A stretch of DNA of 64,000 nt from a virus (taxonomy: Duplodnaviria > Heunggongvirae > Uroviricota > Caudoviricetes). Every line of letters begins with the position of its first letter. Position 1 is the stretch's first letter. Location: the IMG/VR virus record IMGVR_UViG_3300035394_000193; one strand, given 5' to 3'. A program made the position numbers and the translations under genes. The notes under the pieces are model-generated. The model was given only the letters and a program-made list of their open reading frames with translations. It was not told where the DNA came from and ran no database searches. This document shows, piece after piece, positions 36,965 to 48,982 of the stretch.

Positions 36965-39184
36965 ATGAATCAAAGAAATAGTGAAAAAGAACAAGATATA
37001 ATTAATAATATAAATAGAGCTATTAATGAGTTGGTGTATGAAAAGACCCAACTCATTAAAGCCTATAATTATTATCATGGAAAAAGAGATCCAGAGCAAT
37101 TTAGGCATTTAGAAGAAAACTATGGAATTGGAACTCCTACTTCTGTTGAATTTGTACCTTTGGTTCGTAAGCACGTTGATGTATTAATTGGAGAATACTT
37201 ATCAATTCCATTACTTCCGAAAATATCTTGCAAGGATAAATCAACTTTATCTAATATACATAGAGATAAACAACTCCAAATAAATAATGAAATAGCTACT
37301 GAGTTAAAAAAGCATTTAAATAATTCTATTTATAATGCAATTTATAAAACAGAAGGACAAGAACCTCAAAAACCTTTACAAGATAAAGAAATCGAGTTAT
37401 CATTACAAAATCTACAAGAATCAATTGAAAGAAATTTTATTTCAGATTATGAAATAGCAGCACAAAATATTGTAGATTATGCAACACAAGCTAGACATAT
37501 TGATTTTTTAAATCAAAGAAAAACTCTTGCAATTGATTTATTAGCAACCGGTACATGTTATTATAAAGTATTACCTTCTCAATCAAAAGAGAATATATCT
37601 TTAAAAATTCTTAATCCTGTAAATACTTTTATTGATCGAAATCCTGAAAGTGTTTATTTAAATAAATCTATGCGAAGTGTATGTAGAGAATATTTAACTA
37701 AAGATCAAATTCTTGCTAGATATGGTGAAGTTTTAACTAAAGATGATTTAGACGAATTAGAAAGTTTAGAAGATTTTAGTATTGATAGTTCAACTACAAC
37801 ATATCTTAGAAGTTATGATACAGTAACAGGTAATACAATGTCAGATGGTATTCTTGGAGGATTTGAAGTAACACCACTTCTTCCATTTGAAAGAAATACT
37901 TCAAAATATTTTAGAGTATATCCTGTTTATGAAGTTGAGTGACTTAAAACAGAAAAGGAAGATGGCACATTTGTTACAAACAGATACTCAGGAATAAGAA
38001 TTGGAACACATATTTATATACCAACAGGTAAAGTAGAAGATGTTCCTCGAAATCATGATTCTCCAAATGAATGTACATTATCAGTTAATGGTATATTCTA
38101 TGGCGATAGAAATGGAGATCCTTATTCTTTAATGCTTGCAACTGCAAATTTACAGGATAAATATGATATGCTTTGTTTCTATAGAGATAATGTAATCTCT
38201 GAATCAGGTACAGTTGGAGATTGAATTGATATAGCGTATCTTCCTAAAGTATTAGGTTCCGATTTAACAGAAAGATTAATGAAATGAAAAGCCTATAAAA
38301 AACAAGGATTAGCTATCATTGATTCTTCACAAGAAGGTTTATCACCAATGAATACAACATTTGGAGGTTTTGATGATACTATTAAATTGCAGACTATTCA
38401 AGCAATTGATTTAGCTATTCAAAGAGTAGAAGAAGCTTGTTCAACAATAACTGGTGTATTCAGAGAAAAGCTTGGAGGCATAGAACAAAGAGATGCAGTA
38501 AGTAATGTACAAGTTGGAGTTAGGCAATCATCTTATATTACTAAACAATTTTATCAAACCCTTGATTTAATGACAAGAGAAATGTTATTAGATATTCTTA
38601 ATCTTACTAAAACCATATATAAAAAAGGTATTACAGGAACATTGATTCTTGGAGAAAGATTAAATAAAGTATTTACCGCTCTCCCTGAACATTATACTGC
38701 AACTGATTATGATATTCATATTACAGATAGTGCAGATATAATTAAAGAACAAGAAACCATTAAACAAATTACAATGGAATTTATTAAAGGTGGAATTGTT
38801 GATCCTGAAGTTATATTAGAAGCTATTACAGCAACTGGTCTCACAAAAATGAAAGCTGATGTTGGGATTGCAATGACTAAGAAAAGAGCAGAAAATAATC
38901 AAGTTGGACAATTAAATCAACAATTACAAGAGCTTGATAAACAATTAAAACAAGCTCAATCAGAAGCTCAGAAATTACAGAAAGAAGTTGAGAGATTAAA
39001 CTCTGAAAAAATACAAATTGAGGCTGGAAGATTAGCATTTGACAAAGAACTTGGTTGGTACACAGCTAAAAATAAGGTTATGTTTGATGAAGCTAAAATA
39101 GAATGAGAAAAGAAAAGGGTACAGTTAGAAGCTGCACAACTTTTAGATGATAATCATAATAACGACGAAATAAAAAATAATTAA
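36965..39184 (+). CDS. portal protein candidate, recoded
   Basis: 739 aa formed by ORF fragments 36965-37942 and 38348-39106 in the same frame with several TGA; size, position downstream of TerL, and a C-terminal coiled coil are typical of portal proteins; no named motif. Confidence 0.5.
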
Positions 39185-39735
39185 TGATACAAATAAACTT
39201 ATTAAGAGTATCTCCAGATAGTCAATATTTGGAATTTAGTGTAGAATGTCCAACAGGTTACAGGTTTAATACATTAAATGTTATTAGATATGAACCTGTT
39301 ACAGGAACAGTTGATGCTTCCTTAGATTTAAGCGGACTTTTACAAGGAACTACCACTAAAGAAATTATGAGAATTGCTACTTCTGCAATCGATCCTGATG
39401 TTACAATGTATGAAGTAGAATTTGGAGTCGCACCAATTAACGGAGAAGATCCGCCGATTGAAAATGCTACAGGAGTATGTTCAAACATTAATTTTGTATA
39501 TGCTAATCTATTAGACTTAATTATGAGTTTTACAAATTGTTGTATTTCTGATACTCAATATGATAACTTAGATAGAAATTATATGATTTTATATGCACAC
39601 CAAGAAGCAATGAGATTAGAAAGATATAATGATGCTAAATATTTTTATAGTATTATCTGAAATCTATTTGTAAGTTGTGGACCGACAGTAAGACAAAGTA
39701 ATATAATTAATAAACCTTGTAATTGTAGTAACTAA
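39184..39735 (+). CDS. hypothetical structural protein, recoded (TGA at 39658)
   Basis: ORF 39184-39660 continues to TAA 39733-39735. Confidence 0.45.
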
Positions 39736-40076
39736 TGGACGAAAAATATACAAATAGTGTAATAGATTCAACAATTAATTATTTGTATGCACTTCAATAT
39801 TTAGGTAGTGATAATAAGAAAACTCTTAGAGATATACATACGCTAGGAATAATAAGTAATGTTTATAATTGGGCAGATTGATTTGAAATTGCAGAAACAT
39901 ACAAAAATAAATTAAAAAAGTTTATGGATTGTATCATAATGAGAAACTCAGATTTAGTTCTTCCTTCTATTATACCAGGAACTTATTATTCTAATGTAAG
40001 TAGTCCACAAACTATCTGAACATGACAAAGAGTATATGATAATTTAAACGTTAGAACACATGAAACTTTACCATAA
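39735..40076 (+). CDS. hypothetical protein, recoded (4 TGA)
   Basis: ATG 39735 to TAA 40074-40076, checked codon by codon; 113 aa. Confidence 0.45.
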
Positions 40077-41323
40077 TGAATAATGAATTATTAAGATTAT
40101 ATCAAACAGAAGTCCCAACAAATAATGGACTTTGAACAGTAAGAAGTTTAAGTACTTCTTCTCCAAGTAATAATGATTTATTAGAAACTTATAATTTAGA
40201 TACAATTGAGACTCTTCCTCCGCCTTTTTATATTAAAGGAACCTGTTTTGAAGAAATGGGAGATGAAGTACTTATCACTACAAAAGATGAATTATTTCTC
40301 TATTTATGTGAGGTATTAATCCGATTTGATGCTGACCCAAAACATTATCAAAAAGAAGATTATGCATTTTTAATTAAAATGTTGATTAAATCTTTAATTT
40401 TTCTTTATGATCAAATAGAAAATCATACGCAAGAAATATCAGATTTATGAACAATTATTACAAATATAACTGTAGAAGGAGGAATATCTACTGCAGAAGA
40501 TATTACATCTATGCTTCCAGTTGGGGCAATTTCAGCACAAGAAGTAATTCCTAGAGGTAGTACATTAGATGATTTTATTAAACAATTAGTTCTTACTACT
40601 TTTTATCCAACATTTACTCCATTAACATATTCTTTAACTTCTAATAGTGCAAATATAGTAGAATCTGGAACTACTTCAGACTTATTATTAACTGTGAATT
40701 TTAATAGAGGAAGTATTAATGGAAATCTTAATAATGGAATCTGAAATCCTTCCTTATTTCAAAATTATAGAAGTGGGGAAGTTACAAATATTATTATAGA
40801 TGAAATAGATAAAAATACAAATACTACGCATACAATTTATGCCAATCAAATAGTTGATGGTAGTAATACTTATACGTCAACAATTACATATGCAACAGGT
40901 CCACAACCATTAGATAGTGCTGGAAATCATTATTCTACACGTGAACCTGCAGCAATTGTTGCTCCAACACTTACGATTCAAGGTAAAAGAAAAGCATTTT
41001 ACGGTGTTTCTAGTTTAACACCTACTAATACTACTATTAGAAATTTACCTTTGTCTTATTTAAATCCAAATCAAGGAACAGTTTTAACTATTAATGTTCC
41101 AATAGGTGCAACTAATATTAATATTGCTATTCCAACAAGTATAGGTCTTATATCTTCTATAATTTATGTAGAGGCAATGAATACCGAAATAATAGATATA
41201 TTTCAAGTAACTATGGTATATGTCGCAGGAGCTAATGACTATGAACCCGCTCAATATTATCTTTATAATTTCCAACCAGTTAACCCAATAACACAATTTC
41301 AAACATTTTTAATAACGATATAA
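40076..41323 (+). CDS. tail fibre-like protein X1, recoded
   Basis: 415 aa from ORF fragments 40256, 40511, 41051 (same frame, TGA at 40448 and 40742); its C-terminal 110 aa are paralogous to the C-terminus of X2. Confidence 0.5.
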
Positions 41324-41324
41324 A

Positions 41325-43409
41325 ATGGACAATCCTCCTTACATAGAATTTTATAAACAATTTAAAAGAAACTTTCGAGGCCCTTTAGAAGCTAATACAA
41401 CATTTTTAAATTTAGCTGAAATGGAAGCTTTTTTATCAAATGATATTAGATACGCAGGTCAAATAGTTACCTGTGAACAATTTGATGGGCAAATATTTGT
41501 ACTTAATAATGCAAGAACTGCATGGATTAATGTAACTGGAGTACCAATAGATCCTGCAGATTTTGGCAACCTTAAATCTGATGGTTCTATTCCAATGGAT
41601 ACACATATTCCTACTGAATTATCTGCAAGATTTAATTACGTGATCAGTAATCTAGTTGAACCTAATCCTAATATTATTATTGACGGACTACATACTGATA
41701 TATTTACTCCAGGACAATTAATTAAATTAACTGACCAAACTGGTATTGAATATTTTAGGACAGTAGAGAGTTCATCTGTTTATACAGTAACTAAAACAAA
41801 AATAAATTATTCAGGTGCTGCAATAAATTGATTGCTATATCCTGGATACATAGCCACGGTTGATACACTTCCTTCTTATTATATTCCATTAAATGATCAA
41901 GATATTTCAACGAAGAGGTATGTGGATGAAAATACACATGAAAAACTTCATGCAATTGATGATGTACTAAGTCATTCACCTGCAGCAATTGCAGACTATG
42001 GAAAAATTGTTGCAGCAAACCCAACAACAGGAAATATTGAATTTATTGAACAACTGGATCCAACAAATTTTGGAAATCTTAGATCAGATGGTTCCATTCC
42101 GATGGATTATGGTACAGCAACCCCTCTTTCAGCAAGTTTTAACATAACAACATTTGATACTCATGAAAATTTATTTGGAATTTTAGGTGATCAAAGTTTA
42201 ATTTTTTTAAACGGAGATAGTATACAGATTATAGATGCAAATGGACTAACACATTATAGATTAATTACTTCAACTGAATATGCATCTGGCACGAATACTT
42301 TTACAATTTATTACAATGGTGATATTCTTACTAATTTATTTAGTCCATCTACAGTTGTAAAAATAGAATCAATACCAGAAGATTATACTCCAGTTCTTGA
42401 TTTAGACATAGCAACTAAGAGATATGTAGATACTGCAGTGCATCCTAGACAACATTATATAACTAGTTCACAAGACCATACTCCTGCACGTGTTGAAGAT
42501 TATGGAAAAATTGTTGCAGCTAATCCAGTTACTGGAGTTATTGAATTTATTGATTCACCAGCAGCGGAATTAATCAGTGAAGTAATAGCTGAAGTAGCAG
42601 CTGGTAATATTGAAATTGCTGATACTCTTCCTATAGGATTATCCTTTCAGGGATTTGTAGAAAAACTTCTATTAACTACTTATAATCCTACTTTTATTGT
42701 TCCAACATTTAGTCTTACTCATAATCAAGCTTCTTCTTTTGAGAGTGGAAGTATTATTAATGTAATATTAACTGCTAATTTTAATAAAGGTGCTATAAGA
42801 CTTTCTCAAATAGTTGGAGGTATATGAACTGAAAATTATTTTGTAGATTATAGAGCAGGTTCTATAATTAAATATATTATTAATAGTGTAGATACAGGTA
42901 TAGTAAATACAGGTACAGTTGAAAATACTCAGATTATAGATGGAACTAATTTGTTTACAGGAAGTATTCAACACGCAATTGGTCCTCAACCTTTAAATAG
43001 TGAAGGTGTAAATTATGATGTGCCTTATCCAGCTGCAACAGTAACTGTAACAACTTCAATTCAAGGAAAACGTAAAACTTTTTATGGCTCAAATTCAGTA
43101 ATGCCAACAACAAGTGCTATTATTAGAGCATTATCAGGAAGTTCTCTTGGATTGGCTAATGGAAGCACATTTACAATTACTATCGGTATAGGAAGTTTAA
43201 ATGCAATATTTGCCTATCCAAGTAATCTTCGTGCAGTAACTTCAGTTATTTATGTTGAAGGTATGAATACTCCAATTACTGATTTATTTACTGAAACAGT
43301 AGTAGCTGTTGAAGGAATTAATGGTTTTATTAGTACTAATTATAGAGTTTATACATATTCTCCAATCAATCCTTTTTCACAAGCAGTTACCTTTATTGTA
43401 ACTATTTAA
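41325..43409 (+). CDS. tail fibre-like protein X2, recoded
   Basis: 694 aa from ORF fragments 41325, 41832, 42951 (TGA at 41829 and 42825); internal repeats (DPADFGNLKSDGSIPMD / DPTNFGNLRSDGSIPMD; STKRYVDENTH ... DYGKIVAANPTTGNIEFIE / ATKRYVDTAVH ... DYGKIVAANPVTGVIEFID). Confidence 0.5.
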
Positions 43410-43412
43410 TCT

Positions 43413-45434
43413 ATGGCAGAATATATAGAATTTTATAAACAATTTCAAAGACAGTTTGCTGATAGTCTAGATAATTCTTCATCTTTTGAAACATATGACG
43501 CGATGAATGCTTATCTTTCTAATAATGCTAGATATTCAGGTCAAATTGCTACTTGTAAAGATAGAGAAGGTATTATTTATATTCTTAATGAAACAAAAGA
43601 TGAATGGTTAGCTAATGGAGTATCTGATTATTGGACTATTCAATCTGGAGAAGACAGTAGTAATATAACTAAATTTAAAAAGTTACAAATTGATACTACT
43701 AATATTTTAGCTATAGTTAGTGAAGATGAAGTTACAGGTGTAACCACTTTGTATTTAGAAGCAGGTTATCACAATAGACAACATGAAATGACTTCTGCTC
43801 TTGACCATAGTCCAGGCACTAATACTAACCCTTATTATTCTATAGCAACTAAAATAAATACTTCGGGTACAGTATTAGGTCTTGAATGGAAATTACAAGA
43901 AGTAGAAACATCTGCCCAAATTATGCAACGTAGGGTAATTAATTATCCTACAAGATTTACTGCTGGTCAAAAGTTTGTTTATGATGGTACATTATATATA
44001 CTTAATAGTGATAAAAGTAAATGGATACCTTCTGATTTTCAAAAACTTATAATCGGTGATTTCAAAGAAGCATCTGAAACATCAACAGAAATAGTAACTG
44101 TCGCACACGCTGATTCTTATGCTTTTTATGCTGCACATGGTACTTGTCAAATAGGAGATAAGTTTTATATAGGAGAAAGACAATATCCCACATCTCTTAC
44201 AGTATTTAATGACCCTAAAGATTTAACTAATTATACAAAAGTTGTTATTCCATTTACAGAATTTAGTCCAACTGGTATAGGACTGGATAACTTGATTGAT
44301 AGTATGTGTTATGATGATGTGAATAATATTATATATGCAACTATGTATTATAATGCATCTTATACAGTAACTAATGGTAGTGTACAAGCATTAAAAATAA
44401 TATCTATAAACCCTGATGATATTTCAGATTATAATGTAGCTTATAGTGACCCTTTTACTATGGTTGGGGTTAGTCCTACAATAAGTACTGATGGAGAACA
44501 TTATTATATTGGTACTTATTTGGATGCAAATTGTAAAATTATTAAAATAAATATAGCAAGTAGTACAGAAGTTAGTAGAGTTACTATACCTAATATTGGA
44601 TTTATTCATGCTTCTATGCTTCAAAAATATTCTGATAGAAATGAATTATATGTAACTGCTCGTAAAAAAGTAGGAACTGCATATCCTAGTGATGATACAA
44701 AATTTATTAAATTAAATTGTGCAGATTTATCTTATTCTGTTTTAGATATACCTGAACTAAAAACACCATCTGATGATTTTGAATTTATTTATACAAATGA
44801 TTTAGGAGGTAAAGCGTATTTAATAAGTGAAGGTAGCTTGCTATTGTCTGTTGTGAATACAGAAACTATGACATATATTAATTATCCTTCTGTAACTGGT
44901 TTCTTTTGTAAACGTGTTGGTGATTATATATATGCAGGTAAAACAAGTATTGCTCGTCATAATATAGCAGACCCTAGCATAGTAACTATTAAAACTACTC
45001 CTAATAATGAACGTGCAAATGAATTATTTGTATCATCCGAAGGTGAAACTTATTATACTTGCTGGAGAAATTCGTATGGTGGAGAAGATACACAATTTAG
45101 AAGTTTAGTGCATTTTAGATTTTGTGAAAATACTGGTGGGTTCACAGTTAGAAACAATGAAGCGATGTTTTTCAAAGGAGAAGATGGAATAACAATTGAT
45201 TATAATACTGCAAAAACAGTTACTATTAGGGGAAGTGGTGCTCCTAAACTACAAAAGTTTACAGCAATAACAGATCAAGCAACATATACAATTACTAGCT
45301 TTATACCACATGAAGATTGTTTAGTATATGTAAATAATGTATTACAAGATGTAACTGTTAGTGGTCAAGATATAACATTAGGGTTTGGACCTGATGGTGG
45401 TGAAATAATTAAAGTACTTAACGTAACAACTTAA
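43413..45434 (+). CDS. tail fibre-like protein X3
   Basis: 673 aa with no TGA; its N-terminus (MAEYIEFYKQFQRQF ... RYSGQIATC) is paralogous to the X2 N-terminus (MDNPPYIEFYKQFKRNF ... RYAGQIVTC). Confidence 0.5.
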   Translation: MAEYIEFYKQFQRQFADSLDNSSSFETYDAMNAYLSNNARYSGQIATCKDREGIIYILNETKDEWLANGVSDYWTIQSGEDSSNITKFKKLQIDTTNILAIVSEDEVTGVTTLYLEAGYHNRQHEMTSALDHSPGTNTNPYYSIATKINTSGTVLGLEWKLQEVETSAQIMQRRVINYPTRFTAGQKFVYDGTLYILNSDKSKWIPSDFQKLIIGDFKEASETSTEIVTVAHADSYAFYAAHGTCQIGDKFYIGERQYPTSLTVFNDPKDLTNYTKVVIPFTEFSPTGIGLDNLIDSMCYDDVNNIIYATMYYNASYTVTNGSVQALKIISINPDDISDYNVAYSDPFTMVGVSPTISTDGEHYYIGTYLDANCKIIKINIASSTEVSRVTIPNIGFIHASMLQKYSDRNELYVTARKKVGTAYPSDDTKFIKLNCADLSYSVLDIPELKTPSDDFEFIYTNDLGGKAYLISEGSLLLSVVNTETMTYINYPSVTGFFCKRVGDYIYAGKTSIARHNIADPSIVTIKTTPNNERANELFVSSEGETYYTCWRNSYGGEDTQFRSLVHFRFCENTGGFTVRNNEAMFFKGEDGITIDYNTAKTVTIRGSGAPKLQKFTAITDQATYTITSFIPHEDCLVYVNNVLQDVTVSGQDITLGFGPDGGEIIKVLNVTT

Positions 45435-45438
45435 CAAA

Positions 45439-48210
45439 ATGAAAAACATGAAAAAATTATTGATTATATTGTTTGTGGTGATTTCAATCATAACACAAGC
45501 ACAAGTAAATAAACAAATACTACAAGTAACTGATACTAGTAAGTATTTTGGAACTAATAAACAAGCAGGCGACTTTATTGATGTAAAGACTTATCCTACT
45601 TATATATTTAAACTTAATCATAGTGTTACTGCTATGAAAACAGTTGGTTATGCTTTAAGAAATGGTTGGTGTGATACAGTTGGATATTTTTCAGGTAGTT
45701 CTGGTATTAATACATACAGTGCTGGTTTTGGATTAGGTCTAAATGGTACAACTTTTTATAATAGTAGACCTTGGAGTACACAAGATACTTTAAAAACAAC
45801 TCTTAGTGGTATTGCTAAATTAGTTAACGGTGTAATTACTACTATTACTGATAATTCAGCAATATGGAATTTACAATTAGATACTATATCTGCTACTGGT
45901 ATAAATGATGTCGGTAATGTTATTATACAAAGAGGTAAGAAACAATATAGTTTTAGAGAAGCAACTAATAGTAATTCTGCTAGAGGTACTGCATTACTTA
46001 ATGCTTTCAATTCTTCATTGGCTGGTGATTGTATTATAATAGGTAGTGGTAATTATACTATTTCTTCTACTCTATCGTTAAAGGCATCACAAACTATTAT
46101 CCTTCAAGGTGCTAATATAACTTCATCTACTAATACTATTAGTATATTTACTGTTAATGGTATTAATAATTGGGAGATTACAGGTAATGGTATATTAACA
46201 GGTGCTGGTGCTGCATCAGGTGGTGTATATACTGATGAAAAAGGTATTTACATTACAGGTAATTGTCAAAATTGGAATATTTCAGGATTAAACATTACCA
46301 ATTTTAAAGGATGCGCTATTTTTTCTAATGCTCAATCAGGCAGCTATCCTTATGATAAAGGTGGTATAATTAGTAATTGTAATATTTATACTAATAATTT
46401 TGGTATATACTTTGATAGTCCTTCTGCTGCTTATGCTGCTCATTATAATATAATTTCAAATAATCATATATACTCTAATAATTCATTTGCAGTATATATA
46501 ATGGGAGGTAATTGTATAGTATCTAAAAATATTATAACAATGAATCAAACAGGTGGTATATATATCGGTAATGGTTATAATAGTGCGCATGGTATTATAT
46601 CAGACAATGAAATAAATCATAATAAGGTTATAGGTGTAAAAATATTAGCAACTCCTTATGGCATGACTGTAGCTAATAATCATATTATTGCTAACGATGC
46701 CAATGTAGAATTGGATGGATGCAAAGGCGTTAACATATATGGAGGTATGATATATGCTCCTATTGTTACATCAGATATTATTCTAACTGGGACACTACTA
46801 GGTAAAAATTATATATCGAAAGTAAATTCTAGTAACTATTATCTTACTATAAGTGGTACATCTACACAAAAAGATAGTGTTTATATTACAGATTGTTTTA
46901 ATTCTTATACTAATAATCCTACTATTAATGATACTCTTACATCTGTTAAATCACAAGAAGTAATAACTAATAAGTTAATACTTAAAAAAGTACAAACGGG
47001 TACAATTTCAAATATATCACCTGATAAAATGTTATTACAAGATACTATAACTGGTATAGTAAAACGGGTTACAACACCACCTGTACTTTGGATACAGGTT
47101 GGCGATATGATTAAAGCAGCAGACCCAAATGCAAGAATTAGTATTGGTACACCTGATACAACACTTACAAGCCTGTATGTTGATGGTGATTATTACATAA
47201 AAGGCGGTAATGGTGATGTAAATGGAAATGGGGCTTATAGTGCAGTAGATGCTTTATACGCTAAACTTGCTATTAGTGGTACATTAACACCTGCGCAATA
47301 TGCAAGAGCCGATGTTTTTGCCACTGGTAGAATTACTCCATTTGAACCTTGGTTTATACAACAAATGGTACTTCATCCACCATCACTTACTACGATTAAT
47401 TTGAATAGAAGTAAGGTTAAGGGTATATTAGGTAATGCTGCATATATAATGCCTATTACTACTAATTTTACTTATTCGGGAGATACAATAACCAATTTAT
47501 CATCTTTAGGATATGGTTATGGTTTAATGTCTTATGCAACAGGAGTTCCAGTAGCAGCCATGCAAATAACAAATACTGGTAATGTTGGCATAAACAATGG
47601 AAACCCAACTACTAAACTTGACGTTATAGGTACAATAAAAACCGGAACAATAGCCAAACTTTCATTAGATACAGTTAGTGCTATAAGACTTACAGGTAAT
47701 ACAACAGTTTGGAAGGATATTGAAGGTGCTTTTAGTACAGGTTTAAGTGGTGGTAGTTCATATCCTACTTATGTAGTTGATAGTGGTTACTATACATTTA
47801 CAGTTGATACTACTGCTCCTACTATTTGTAAACAATATTTTCCTGCTATTCAAATTAACCACGAGTTTAAACTTGGAGCAACTCTTTATCCTCATGTTCA
47901 TTATAAACATACAACTACTAATGGCACCCCCACATTTATAGTTAAATATAGATGGAAGAATATAGGTAGTGCTCCTAGTGCATGGAATTGGTGTAAGATG
48001 AATAATACCACAGGTACAACTGATGGTACTTTACAACTTAATTATAGTACGATTGGAATACCTGCTACTGGTAATGGAGTAAGTGCAATACTTCAAGCTC
48101 AAGTATATTTATATTCACAAACAGGTACAGGTGGAGTAAACGCTTATAGTTTTGATTTACATGGTGAAGTAGATAGTATGGGTTCTAACAGTGAAGTTGA
48201 TAAAGACTAA
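45439..48210 (+). CDS. tailspike-like protein with a right-handed parallel beta-helix domain (putative polysaccharide depolymerase)
   Basis: 923 aa; repeated about-22 aa units rich in N/G/I (NISGLNITNFKGCAIFSNAQSG, GGIISNCNIYTNNFGIYFDS, HYNIISNNHIYSNNSFAVYIMGGNCIVSKNII) typical of PbH1 repeats; N-terminus MKNMKKLLIILFVVISIITQAQ looks like a signal peptide. Confidence 0.6.
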   Translation: MKNMKKLLIILFVVISIITQAQVNKQILQVTDTSKYFGTNKQAGDFIDVKTYPTYIFKLNHSVTAMKTVGYALRNGWCDTVGYFSGSSGINTYSAGFGLGLNGTTFYNSRPWSTQDTLKTTLSGIAKLVNGVITTITDNSAIWNLQLDTISATGINDVGNVIIQRGKKQYSFREATNSNSARGTALLNAFNSSLAGDCIIIGSGNYTISSTLSLKASQTIILQGANITSSTNTISIFTVNGINNWEITGNGILTGAGAASGGVYTDEKGIYITGNCQNWNISGLNITNFKGCAIFSNAQSGSYPYDKGGIISNCNIYTNNFGIYFDSPSAAYAAHYNIISNNHIYSNNSFAVYIMGGNCIVSKNIITMNQTGGIYIGNGYNSAHGIISDNEINHNKVIGVKILATPYGMTVANNHIIANDANVELDGCKGVNIYGGMIYAPIVTSDIILTGTLLGKNYISKVNSSNYYLTISGTSTQKDSVYITDCFNSYTNNPTINDTLTSVKSQEVITNKLILKKVQTGTISNISPDKMLLQDTITGIVKRVTTPPVLWIQVGDMIKAADPNARISIGTPDTTLTSLYVDGDYYIKGGNGDVNGNGAYSAVDALYAKLAISGTLTPAQYARADVFATGRITPFEPWFIQQMVLHPPSLTTINLNRSKVKGILGNAAYIMPITTNFTYSGDTITNLSSLGYGYGLMSYATGVPVAAMQITNTGNVGINNGNPTTKLDVIGTIKTGTIAKLSLDTVSAIRLTGNTTVWKDIEGAFSTGLSGGSSYPTYVVDSGYYTFTVDTTAPTICKQYFPAIQINHEFKLGATLYPHVHYKHTTTNGTPTFIVKYRWKNIGSAPSAWNWCKMNNTTGTTDGTLQLNYSTIGIPATGNGVSAILQAQVYLYSQTGTGGVNAYSFDLHGEVDSMGSNSEVDKD

Positions 48211-48211
48211 T

Positions 48212-48436
48212 ATGAAAGTAAAAGAAATATATATGTATGTGTTGGGAGCACTTATAACTCTCGCGTATTTTACTACATTAGCAATTTTAATAATTCAAAA
48301 AGGAGATAGTAATACGATTTCCTTAATGGTTGGAGCATTAATAGCAGCTTTTTCTGCTGTTTATGGTTATTTCTATGGAAGTAGTAAAGGTAGTGCAGAT
48401 AAAAATGAAATTATTAAATCACAAATAGAAAAATAA
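48212..48436 (+). CDS. holin-like small membrane protein
   Basis: 74 aa from ATG 48212; two TM helices (IYMYVLGALITLAYFTTLAILII and LMVGALIAAFSAVYGYFYG) with a charged C-terminus; lies next to a cell-wall-enzyme-like gene. Confidence 0.5.
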   Translation: MKVKEIYMYVLGALITLAYFTTLAILIIQKGDSNTISLMVGALIAAFSAVYGYFYGSSKGSADKNEIIKSQIEK

Positions 48437-48819
48437 TGAAATTATTACTTAAACGAATCTTTAAAGGAGAAACATATACAATAGGAAAACTATATGTAGA
48501 TGGAGTTTATGTTTGTGATACTCTAGAAGATAAAGTTAGAGAAGTTAAAATCAAACATGAAACTGCGATTCCTGCAGGTACTTATGATGTAATTTTAAAT
48601 TTATCTACAAGATTTAAACGAATATTGCCAAGATTACTAAATGTTCCTGGATTTGATGGAATATTAATTCATCCGGGGAACGACAAAGATGATACAAGTG
48701 GTTGTATTTTAGTAGGAGAAAATAAAGAAAAAGGAAGAGTTATTAATAGTAAAATTACCTTTGATAAATTATTTTCAATGTTAAAATTAGATGATCATAT
48801 TACAATAGAAATCGTATAA
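48436..48819 (+). CDS. YkuD (L,D-transpeptidase)-fold protein, candidate lysis enzyme
   Basis: 127 aa; ILIHPGNDKDDTSGCILVG matches the YkuD catalytic H ... (S/T)xGC(I/V) motif. Confidence 0.45.
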   Translation: MKLLLKRIFKGETYTIGKLYVDGVYVCDTLEDKVREVKIKHETAIPAGTYDVILNLSTRFKRILPRLLNVPGFDGILIHPGNDKDDTSGCILVGENKEKGRVINSKITFDKLFSMLKLDDHITIEIV

Positions 48820-48830
48820 TTAATATATAA

Positions 48831-48927
48831 GTAGAAAATATTTCTAATAGAAAGATTAGAATATTTTAAATTATTAAACTTAATAAAAAGAGTAATGTGT
48901 AATTTTTATATCAGAAATATTTTCTAC
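48831..48927. repeat. perfect 15-bp inverted repeat separated by 67 bp
   Basis: GTAGAAAATATTTCT (48831-48845) and AGAAATATTTTCTAC (48913-48927), in the intergenic region before the capsid module. Confidence 0.7.
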
Positions 48928-48982
48928 TTTTGTATGATATTAATAGATAGTAAATAAATAAACAATGTAAATGATTATGTAA

